Virus record (IMG/VR): IMGVR_UViG_3300018080_000120
Length of the DNA stretch: 11,087 nt
Origin: a virus
Lineage: Duplodnaviria; Heunggongvirae; Uroviricota; Caudoviricetes
Strand: one strand, 5' to 3'
The notes under the pieces were generated by a model. That model did not search any database. It saw nothing but the letters and a program-made list of their open reading frames with translations, and was not told where the DNA came from. Both the position numbers and the translations under genes were made by a program. Shown one piece after another: positions 1 to 7,697 of this stretch (the stretch's first letter is position 1; each line of letters begins with the position of its first letter).

Positions 1-1
1 G

Positions 2-838
2 ACGATGGCATTGGATCATCCCAATCATATGACAAGATGGGAGAAGTTTAGAGTCAGTGTTTTGGAAATTTCACCAGTGACTCGGGACATGTTTAATGTT
101 ATGAAAGAAGTAGGTGCAAAAGCTGGCGGAACTGACAACAAATATGGTTGGGTAAATTATCGAAAAGTAAGATTTGATAATAACAAAATCAAAACATTTC
201 ATGTTGAGATGAGAGCGCCCGATTCAACCCTTTGTCCAAGTTATTATGCTGCAGTTGCTTGTTTGTTTTACGCAATGGCAATAAAGGCAGCTGAAATAAG
301 TAGATATGGTCTCTTGAAAGTCGGCGAAGAAGAGTGGATGGAAAAAGCAAAGCAGATGAAAAAGCTTATTCTTAATGGACGTGGTGATTGGGGAGAGGAT
401 AGGGTAGCAGATACCAGCCGATTACTGGATTACCGGGAATATTTCATTGAGGAAAGTATCGATCTTGTTAATCAGTTGAAGGGTATTCTTTTCAAAATCG
501 GACCAGCTTATGATGTCTTGAGAAAACTGGCCGAACGTCCAGCCGCATTGAGAAGGATAGAAGGAGACAGCTGGGAAGAAATAGAGAACCAATTGGCTAT
601 TGAAACTACCCAGACTGACCAAATTGAACAAAAGATGAGAGAAATCATCGAGCTGAGTCTTATTGAAGATTGCGAAGACGAGGAAGAATGGGCATTGGAA
701 GTCAGCAAGGCCATCAATGAAGATGATCAAGTTGATTTTGAAACAAGTGAAGATGAAGTGAAGAAATTTATGGATGCCAAGATGAGAGAAGGCGAATTGA
801 TATGGTCCGAATCTCTTGGTAGAATAATCGCTGTATAG
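2..838 (+). CDS. Putative COOH-NH2 ligase / amidoligase (glutamine synthetase/glutamate-cysteine ligase-like fold), probably 5'-truncated
   Basis: The frame is open from base 2 (acg precedes the ATG at 5), so the gene probably starts upstream. The segment KYGWVNY...TFHVEMRAPDSTL followed by a hydrophobic helix (YYAAVACLFYAMA) resembles the C-terminal (K/R)Y..lN...T.EfR...sTl motif of amidoligases. It sits directly upstream of a class II amidotransferase. Confidence 0.6.
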   Translation, partial: TMALDHPNHMTRWEKFRVSVLEISPVTRDMFNVMKEVGAKAGGTDNKYGWVNYRKVRFDNNKIKTFHVEMRAPDSTLCPSYYAAVACLFYAMAIKAAEISRYGLLKVGEEEWMEKAKQMKKLILNGRGDWGEDRVADTSRLLDYREYFIEESIDLVNQLKGILFKIGPAYDVLRKLAERPAALRRIEGDSWEEIENQLAIETTQTDQIEQKMREIIELSLIEDCEDEEEWALEVSKAINEDDQVDFETSEDEVKKFMDAKMREGELIWSESLGRIIAV

Positions 839-849
839 GAGAGAGAAAT

Positions 850-1668
850 ATGTGTGGTATTTTCGGAATTGCTTATTATGGTGAAACGGCTCCGCCAGCT
901 TCTCAGGCAAAAGCCATGAGGAAAGTCTGTCGGAGCCTTATGTCAGCTTCAGAGATAAGGGGGGCTGATGCTGCTGGCGTGTGTGTTTTGGCAAACAATC
1001 ATGCAACAATATATAAAAACAATACACGCGGCAGAGAAATTGTGAAGCGGCCAATGTTTAACAAAGCCCTTATAAACATAAAATCAGACCCATTTGCTCA
1101 AGCTGTGCTTGGTCATACTCGAGCGCAAACGAAAGGGACACACCATAATAATTTTAATAATCATCCAATCATAACCGAAAATGTTATTGGCATTCACAAT
1201 GGGGTAATACAAAACGATGAAAAGCTTTATGGTCCTATGAATATACCCAGAAAAGGATTGGTGGACAGTGAAGTGATCTTTCAACTCATAGATATGTATG
1301 TGACAAGAAGAGATGCAAGCCTTATAAAAGCTGTAAAGCTTACTACTGAAAAATTGTTTGGGTCATATGCATGTGCTTTTATTCATCTTCAGCACCCAAA
1401 TTACCTTACTCTTTTCCGAAATAGTGGGTACGGAAATATATATGTTTATACCTATGATACTTTTGACACCATGTTGTTTGCTTCGCTCGATACCATTCTT
1501 GATAGAGCAATAGAAAAAAATGCATGGTTTAATAAATCATATCTTTCAGACAGAGTAAAATTGAAAGATGACAGCGGCATGAGAATCAATCTTGAAAATG
1601 GCAAAACATTTTGCTTTGAAATAGAAGACGAATACAGCAACAGTTATAAATACTATTGCTGCGGTTAA
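850..1668 (+). CDS. Class II (Ntn-hydrolase) glutamine amidotransferase #1, stand-alone
   Basis: N-terminal MCGIFG (Cys nucleophile after Met removal), RGADAAG, GHTRAQT, NNHPI, HNGVIQN and DSEVI are hallmark GATase type-2 motifs. SD aggag at 837-841. Confidence 0.93.
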   Translation: MCGIFGIAYYGETAPPASQAKAMRKVCRSLMSASEIRGADAAGVCVLANNHATIYKNNTRGREIVKRPMFNKALINIKSDPFAQAVLGHTRAQTKGTHHNNFNNHPIITENVIGIHNGVIQNDEKLYGPMNIPRKGLVDSEVIFQLIDMYVTRRDASLIKAVKLTTEKLFGSYACAFIHLQHPNYLTLFRNSGYGNIYVYTYDTFDTMLFASLDTILDRAIEKNAWFNKSYLSDRVKLKDDSGMRINLENGKTFCFEIEDEYSNSYKYYCCG

Positions 1669-1682
1669 AGGGGGAGGTAAAT

Positions 1683-2666
1683 ATGTATTCAAAAAGGTTA
1701 AAGTACTATAGAGAAGTCAAAGAATGGAATAAGGAAACCACGCTTAGTGGGACCCTTGTAGCTATGTCTCACGGACTATCTGTAGGCACTCCATGCCTTG
1801 CATCAATAAACAAAGGCACATCTCATAGGCGGCCAGTAAATAGAGCGACGAAAAAAATAGCTGATAAATATGGGTTATTAGACCCATTTGATCCTGCTTA
1901 TGAATCTACCAAAAAAAGCGAATATTCCAAATTGTTAGAATTGATTAAAAATGGGAGCGATATTTCTACAATCCAAAAGCTGTTGTGCTCTAAATACGAA
2001 CTGATTGAAGTCATCATTCCTTTTGTGGAACTCGGATGTGGTATGGGAGATATGACTTCTGTAGTAATTCCACCTCAACAGATTTCTTGTAATTCCCAGA
2101 TTCCTATAATATATGATGACAACTTTTATACTGCGGAAATAGCCTTAGATGATTTCCCAAGGCCATCATTTGTTATTTACCAACTAACTACTCATAGGTT
2201 TGTAAATTATGAGATAAGAATCGGACAATCAAATGTAAAAAAGGTGCAAACCAAATTCAACAAAATGGTAGCAGCTTTCAAAAAATTCTTTCCATTTAAC
2301 ATCTGTACCTATTATCGTAGTAATACAAGTTCAGAAGTATTATTGGACACGTTGTCGATAAGCTTCTATAAACTAAGTGATGTCATACCCGTTTTTGATT
2401 ATAGAAGCTGCAAAGAAGGAATGTGTATGGAAGTAACGCTTGCTAACTCAAGCATAAACAAAATTTACTCAGTGAACCCTAAAACCACCGCAAAATTCAG
2501 ATTTTTATTTTCTGCTACAAAAGAAAACATTCTTTCCATTGATGGAGAGAAGATAACGAGGGGTAAATCTGAAAAGCCAGTAGATGCCGGGATAAAATAC
2601 ATTTATAATTGTATGAACGCCAATATCCCGAATGACAATATAAATATAAAAACTATAGGGTGTTAG
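1683..2666 (+). CDS. Hypothetical protein (327 aa) containing a SAM-binding motif I-like sequence ELGCGMGD
   Basis: Long ORF filling the gap between the two amidotransferases. Start moved from TTG 1656 to ATG 1683 because SD ggaggt lies at 1673-1678. No family recognised with confidence. Confidence 0.8.
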   Translation: MYSKRLKYYREVKEWNKETTLSGTLVAMSHGLSVGTPCLASINKGTSHRRPVNRATKKIADKYGLLDPFDPAYESTKKSEYSKLLELIKNGSDISTIQKLLCSKYELIEVIIPFVELGCGMGDMTSVVIPPQQISCNSQIPIIYDDNFYTAEIALDDFPRPSFVIYQLTTHRFVNYEIRIGQSNVKKVQTKFNKMVAAFKKFFPFNICTYYRSNTSSEVLLDTLSISFYKLSDVIPVFDYRSCKEGMCMEVTLANSSINKIYSVNPKTTAKFRFLFSATKENILSIDGEKITRGKSEKPVDAGIKYIYNCMNANIPNDNINIKTIGC

Positions 2667-2679
2667 GAGGATAAAAATT

Positions 2680-4782
2680 ATGTGCGGAATAGTTGTAGGA
2701 TTAACATTTGGCGAACTACCAGAAGTAGAAGAAAAAATAAGGCAAAAAATGCTGCGATGTATGACAACAGAGCTTTTACTTCTCACCGAATCGAGAGGTA
2801 AAGATGCTACTGGAGCTGCAGCCTTATTTGATGATGGTAGATATATAGGCATAAAAAGAGGGGAAGAAGTTACTTCTTTCTTATCGGTCTTCGGAAACTC
2901 TAAGGAATATTATGGGGGATTTCTGAAGGTGTGGGAGAAACATCCAGCACCAGTCAGAGTTTATTTAGGACATTGTAGAGCTGGAACTGGTGGTGCAAAG
3001 GAAGATAACAACAACAATCACCCAATCAAAATAAGAAACATGATTGGAATCCATAACGGTGTTGTTCACAACGACAAAGAGATATTCGAAAATCTCGGTT
3101 GTAAAAGAGACGGCGAAGTTGATAGTGAGGCCATTTTCCGCTTGTTTGATCATTTTACTAACCATGGAAAAGAACCGTTCACCATGGATATGATACAAGA
3201 AGTTGTGAGAAGGTTGGATAGTTTCCACACTGTTTGCCTTTTCAATGCAGACAATCCATATCAAGTGCCCATATTCAGAGATCGTAGGCCATGTTATCTT
3301 GTATTCATCAAAGAATGGGGATTATTATTTGCCATATCAGAGCCTGGCTTCTGGGCTACTATGAGGTATCGGTATGAAAGAATGGCTAATTATTATGATG
3401 CAAAAATGCCGTCGTTGTTTCGATGTACTATCGAAAAGAAGGAACTACCAGATGATTCCTGCATAATATTTGATCTGACCAAAGGAGTAGAAGATGACAC
3501 TGTTATTGATGACCTCGGTGAATATTCCAAAATACTGAGGACAAACAAAATATGGCAGAAACCAACCACAACCTATACAAGAGGAACTGATTATCAGAGA
3601 AACACATGTGGTTATAAACCTGGATCAGGTAATAACAACAGTGATTCTGATGATAGCACTAGAGCAAAGAAGAGAAGAGTTTTTGACAGGCTGGAGAAGA
3701 AATATGTTATCAAACAAGGTGATAAAGTTCTCAAAGATGATTCATCTATCACAATTGATGTTGATAATTGTGGTGACAATGATGACGACGATGATAGTGA
3801 GACCGGTGGATCTGAGGACAACACTATACATACTCCTGTGACTACAGATTTTGAAGAGCAGGAGAATTTGGGAACAAAAGCCGATAAGACAGACCTTACA
3901 GAATATACGCAAACACAATATAAATCAAAGGAAAAAAAGATAATTGATTCCAAAGAATATGTCACGGTTTACAATTACCTTAAAAGTGAAGGAAGTCTAA
4001 ACGAGCCTCTTTATTCTGAAGATATTGGTGATTTTCTTGCTGGCCGAATCCAAATTGAAATCAAAAGAAGAAAAATAGTCGCGCTAAATCTTCCCGGATA
4101 CTATCTTACATTAAAGCTAAGGGATGTTAAAAAATGGAAAGACTTTCTTGAACTAGTGAATAAGAGAAACTCGGAATTAAAAAAGTTAGCTCTTGATATT
4201 CCTACTCCAACATATAAATATGCAACCACTGATGCAACTACTGATGATGATATTCCTACTATCGAGGCTGAAGTGGTCGATGAGGACGATAAGGATAAAG
4301 GCAAAGATGTAGGTGAAGTTGAAGTAGATATGGATATTGAGCATGCTGCCATTGGCCTTAAAGCAGAATCTTTGTATAAACTAGCTCCAATTCAAGAGAA
4401 AGGATTTATCAATATAAAAGAATTGATAGAAGCAGTTGATATAAAAGACGAAAAGACTGCAAAAGATGTAGGCCCAGTTTTTATTGCTAATCGAGTTGTA
4501 TCTAGAAGTTGGAAACATGGATTTCTTCACGGATATATGTGTAGTCAACAGGAAGATGTCGAAAATCTTAAGAATATAATCTCTCTTTTAGCTGGGGTTA
4601 TTACCGAGAAGAAACATAAAGCTCGGTTGGCAAATGCTGCAATGAAATCTGGTTCATCTGTCGATTTGAATATGGAAAAGATAAAGAAATTGTTCAGTGG
4701 AACCAAAAGACTGGAAGAAATTGCCAACATACTAAATGATGCCCACCAGTATGCTAATACAGGAGGAGAAAAGAAGAAATGA
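2680..4782 (+). CDS. Class II glutamine amidotransferase #2 with a long acidic/helical C-terminal extension (700 aa)
   Basis: MCGIVVG, RGKDATG, GHCRAGT, NNHPI, HNGVVHN and DSEAI lie in the first ~290 aa. SD aggagg at 2665-2670. The remaining ~400 aa are of unrecognised function. Confidence 0.92.
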   Translation: MCGIVVGLTFGELPEVEEKIRQKMLRCMTTELLLLTESRGKDATGAAALFDDGRYIGIKRGEEVTSFLSVFGNSKEYYGGFLKVWEKHPAPVRVYLGHCRAGTGGAKEDNNNNHPIKIRNMIGIHNGVVHNDKEIFENLGCKRDGEVDSEAIFRLFDHFTNHGKEPFTMDMIQEVVRRLDSFHTVCLFNADNPYQVPIFRDRRPCYLVFIKEWGLLFAISEPGFWATMRYRYERMANYYDAKMPSLFRCTIEKKELPDDSCIIFDLTKGVEDDTVIDDLGEYSKILRTNKIWQKPTTTYTRGTDYQRNTCGYKPGSGNNNSDSDDSTRAKKRRVFDRLEKKYVIKQGDKVLKDDSSITIDVDNCGDNDDDDDSETGGSEDNTIHTPVTTDFEEQENLGTKADKTDLTEYTQTQYKSKEKKIIDSKEYVTVYNYLKSEGSLNEPLYSEDIGDFLAGRIQIEIKRRKIVALNLPGYYLTLKLRDVKKWKDFLELVNKRNSELKKLALDIPTPTYKYATTDATTDDDIPTIEAEVVDEDDKDKGKDVGEVEVDMDIEHAAIGLKAESLYKLAPIQEKGFINIKELIEAVDIKDEKTAKDVGPVFIANRVVSRSWKHGFLHGYMCSQQEDVENLKNIISLLAGVITEKKHKARLANAAMKSGSSVDLNMEKIKKLFSGTKRLEEIANILNDAHQYANTGGEKKK

Positions 4783-6125
4783 AAAAACAGTTAATCTTAG
4801 TTATTTCTCCCCGAATGAATTCTAACAGAAAAAAGGATAGGAATGAAGATCGTCTTATCCGAATGGGGAGTAAAACGAGAGCTAATCTTGGCTTAACGAA
4901 TGATAAAACTGTGGAACTGTGGCCAAATACCAACTCTCAGGAAAGAATATCAAGAAGTAAAGTGCTGACTATTTTTCAAGCATTTTCTTCCGACCTTAAA
5001 AATTTAAAGAAGTCTGGAGTAAGTACAGACGAATTTAATAGATCAGGGTTCGTGACGGAAAAAACATTTCATTATATATGCTCCGATGGAAGGCGTAAGA
5101 AAAGTGATATATGGCTTGCGGATTCCATTGAAGATACAGTTATCGGAGCAGATCCAGAATTCGCACTTTATGATAAAAATAAGAATCTTGTACATTATGC
5201 TGGCCATGTGCCGGGGTTTCCTTTCAGTGGCGAACTGTCTTCTGATGGACCATTAGCAGAAATAAGACCTGATCCTGATGAAAACATTGAAAAATTCATC
5301 AAGAATATCGGGAAAATTTTAAAGACCAGCCCAAGCAGAAAATCTATTGAAAAATTTGATTGGCTTGTCGATCCATATTTCCGTGGGCGACCTGCTGATA
5401 ATCCTAATCAAGGTATTAGAGATTGGACAATTGGTGGTCATATTCACATAGGTACGCCATCTTTATTAAGAGAGTCTGAATTAATGACCGAAGCCACCAG
5501 TTATTTTCAGAAAGCCTCACACTATCCGGGATTTTTGCCCTTTTTGAACAAAGCGCTCGATGAATATATTGCAATTCCATTGATGAAAGTGGCTGGCAAA
5601 GAACCATCCGTAAAAAGAAGAAAGTCCGGATATGGTAAATATGGTAGCTATCGTGGAGAAAATGTTGGAAGATTGGAATACCGAACTTTAAGTGGTATCT
5701 GGCTCGCTCATCCTGAAATAGCAAAAGCCGTTATCGGAGCCACAAAAGCGGTTTCTGATGCTTTCTTTAAAATACTTGAAGAAGGAGAATACAAACGGAA
5801 TTTGTTACCCCTGCCTAAAAGTTCTTATAGCAGGGTATTCCACGCTGATTATGACGGATGGAAAGACTCTAAGGCGATGAAAGAAATTCAAGCAATAAAA
5901 TCTTCTCATCGAATGAAAGAAATATTACATGAAGGACAAATGACATATAATAAACAATACTATACAAAACTAAGAAAGATGTTCAGATCTCTATCAACTT
6001 ATAAAAAATATGCAAAATATATTGACAGATTTCTGGAGATAGTATCTTTACCGAACGAAAATTTGAAAAAGATAAATCATAATATCAAATATGGTTGGGT
6101 AGAAGGTGCAGACTTTATTATATAA
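4779..6125 (+). CDS. Phage phiEco32-like COOH-NH2 ligase type 2 with an extra N-terminal domain
   Basis: Family motifs IGADPEF (5142-5162), DGPLAEIRP, GGHIHIG and LEYRTLSGIWL. ATGA overlap with the upstream amidotransferase. SD aggaggag at 4761-4768. Confidence 0.88.
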   Translation: MKKQLILVISPRMNSNRKKDRNEDRLIRMGSKTRANLGLTNDKTVELWPNTNSQERISRSKVLTIFQAFSSDLKNLKKSGVSTDEFNRSGFVTEKTFHYICSDGRRKKSDIWLADSIEDTVIGADPEFALYDKNKNLVHYAGHVPGFPFSGELSSDGPLAEIRPDPDENIEKFIKNIGKILKTSPSRKSIEKFDWLVDPYFRGRPADNPNQGIRDWTIGGHIHIGTPSLLRESELMTEATSYFQKASHYPGFLPFLNKALDEYIAIPLMKVAGKEPSVKRRKSGYGKYGSYRGENVGRLEYRTLSGIWLAHPEIAKAVIGATKAVSDAFFKILEEGEYKRNLLPLPKSSYSRVFHADYDGWKDSKAMKEIQAIKSSHRMKEILHEGQMTYNKQYYTKLRKMFRSLSTYKKYAKYIDRFLEIVSLPNENLKKINHNIKYGWVEGADFII

Positions 6126-6136
6126 GGAGGAGTAAT

Positions 6137-7216
6137 ATGAGCAAATATTTATGGTATTCTGGAGCAACTGATATAACAGGAAAGAAACTGGCGGAAGCAC
6201 TCAACCTCGAAGGCGGTAAAGCCAAACCGAAAAGCAAGGACATTGTGATTGGGTGGGGAACCAAAACAAAAGAGGGCGTGAATCTGGGAAAGGCAAAGGT
6301 TTTGAATCATCCGAACACCATTCGGAAAAACCGAAACAAATTGACCACATTGAAAACCCTGGCTGCAAATCAGGATGTTTCTTCGGCAATTATGAGTTTT
6401 AGCTCCGCCAATAATGTGGACAGCATATTGGGAGAAATTTCCCTGCCGATGGTAGGTCGAACCAACTATCATCAAGGCGGAAAAGGTTTTTGGCTCTGCT
6501 TGACCAAATCCCACATCACTCGTGCTCTTAAAGAAGGCGCTCAATATTTTCAGAGTTTCATTGATATCAACAATGAATACCGAATTCATGTTGCATTCGG
6601 TAAGGTAATTTATGCGGTCAAAAAGGTAGAAAATGCCTCTCTGGAAAGCTGGATAGCCCAGAGAAAAGAGAAGATTGAAGACTATGCTCAGAAAAACAAC
6701 GTAAATCTGGACGCGGCAACAATGAAATACGTACTCGAACGTCTTGCCAAAGAGGCCAAGCTGCCGGATATAATCATCCGAAGCAACCGGAAAGGCTGGA
6801 AATTCAGTAACGTCCCAATTGCCAGCTTAAGCACTGCATTGAAAAATGCCGCTGTCAAGGCCGTTGAGGTTATAGGATTGGATTTTGGAGCAGTCGATTG
6901 TGCAATTTCAACCAGCAACAAACCCTATATCATCGAGATCAACAGTGGTCCTGGCCTAAAAGGTACCGCTTTTGAAAAATATGTGGATGCTTTCAAGGCC
7001 AAAATATCTGAACTGGAAGCACCGCCGGCTCCTGCCGCCAAGAAAGCTCCTGCCGCCAAGAAAGCCCCCGTGGCTGCAAAGAAAGTCGCTGATGGAGTAG
7101 GCGCGGATAATGCCGCTCCTGCCATCAAGGGTGAAGCAATGGTTCATATAATGAACGAAGTGAAAAGTGCCGACGAAGCGAGGAAGGTTCTTGACCTATT
7201 AATGGGAAAGGCTTAA
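6137..7216 (+). CDS. ATP-grasp peptide ligase (RimK/YheCD/phiEco32-like), 359 aa
   Basis: VIGWG, NKLTTLKTL, GRTNYHQGGKG loop, EYRIHV, GLDFGAVD and IIEINSGPGL (E-x-N metal-binding motif). Start moved to ATG 6137 behind SD aaggagg at 6124-6130. Confidence 0.92.
   Translation: MSKYLWYSGATDITGKKLAEALNLEGGKAKPKSKDIVIGWGTKTKEGVNLGKAKVLNHPNTIRKNRNKLTTLKTLAANQDVSSAIMSFSSANNVDSILGEISLPMVGRTNYHQGGKGFWLCLTKSHITRALKEGAQYFQSFIDINNEYRIHVAFGKVIYAVKKVENASLESWIAQRKEKIEDYAQKNNVNLDAATMKYVLERLAKEAKLPDIIIRSNRKGWKFSNVPIASLSTALKNAAVKAVEVIGLDFGAVDCAISTSNKPYIIEINSGPGLKGTAFEKYVDAFKAKISELEAPPAPAAKKAPAAKKAPVAAKKVADGVGADNAAPAIKGEAMVHIMNEVKSADEARKVLDLLMGKA
7028..7084 (+). repeat. In-frame 18-bp tandem repeat encoding APAAKK, within the ATP-grasp C-terminal linker
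   Basis: gctcctgccgccaagaaa occurs exactly twice (7028-7045, 7046-7063), followed by a degenerate 21-bp third copy gcccccgtggctgcaaagaaa (7064-7084). Confidence 0.9.
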
Positions 7217-7217
7217 T

Positions 7218-7697
7218 ATGAACAAATTTAGATTGACAATCACGTCTGATTCAATAGCTGCCCAAATAGCCAGCTTATTAAATGCTGGCGGGCAGTTATT
7301 TTATCACTTCAATAAAAACACGATATTACAGAGCGATGTCCAATATCTAATTGAGCTGGACAAGGACAAAGTCACAGGTGTAATAGGGCTGCAACAAAAA
7401 ACGGCTCGGGTCACAGAAATAAAACATCTATGCGTCCATCCAGATTATAGGCGTAAAGGTTTGGGCAAAAAATTGCTTGAAATGGCTATTAAAGCCACAT
7501 CAACAGAGTTTTTATATGGTACGGTGAGAGAAAGTAATCATGTTAACATCCGGAATAATTTCAGAGTTGGAATGAAAGCCATTGGAAAGTTTCGAGGCAG
7601 AGGATGTAATGTGATAATATTTGCAAGGAGGAAAGATGGCATTGGGTATCGAATACAAAAAGGGCAAACTGAAAGGCCTGCATTATATAGTAGTTGA
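7218..7697 (+). CDS. GNAT-family N-acetyltransferase
   Basis: EIKHLCVHPDYRRKGLGKKLL contains the acetyl-CoA-binding motif A (V.P.YR.KG.G..L). Size 159 aa. Starts 1 nt after the ATP-grasp stop. Confidence 0.92.
   Translation: MNKFRLTITSDSIAAQIASLLNAGGQLFYHFNKNTILQSDVQYLIELDKDKVTGVIGLQQKTARVTEIKHLCVHPDYRRKGLGKKLLEMAIKATSTEFLYGTVRESNHVNIRNNFRVGMKAIGKFRGRGCNVIIFARRKDGIGYRIQKGQTERPALYSS

Noticed and set aside
422-910. 162-aa minus-strand ORF, plus the other minus-strand ORFs in the track (e.g. 2505-2852, 3612-3965, 5416-5724, 6149-6589, 9564-9908)
   Set aside because: All lie antisense to well-supported + strand genes, have no recognisable motifs, and show the Ser/Phe/Leu-rich composition typical of shadow frames.
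1656-1682. Upstream starts given by the track at 1656, 6095 and 7621
   Set aside because: Each overlaps the previous gene and lacks an SD, whereas the downstream ATGs at 1683, 6137 and 7636 have strong GGAGG sites at normal spacing.
3775-3800. gat/gac trinucleotide run (gatgacgacgatgat)
   Set aside because: It merely encodes the poly-Asp tract of the amidotransferase extension and is not an independent repeat element.
3608-3841. 77-aa alternative + frame ORF inside amidotransferase #2
   Set aside because: Fully nested, no SD, and its Met/Thr/Val/Ile bias simply reflects the shifted reading of GAT/GAC-rich codons.
2680-4782. Calling either amidotransferase glmS, asnB or purF
   Set aside because: Only the GATase domain matches. 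No SIS isomerase, asparagine synthase or PRTase motifs were recognised, so no gene symbol was assigned.
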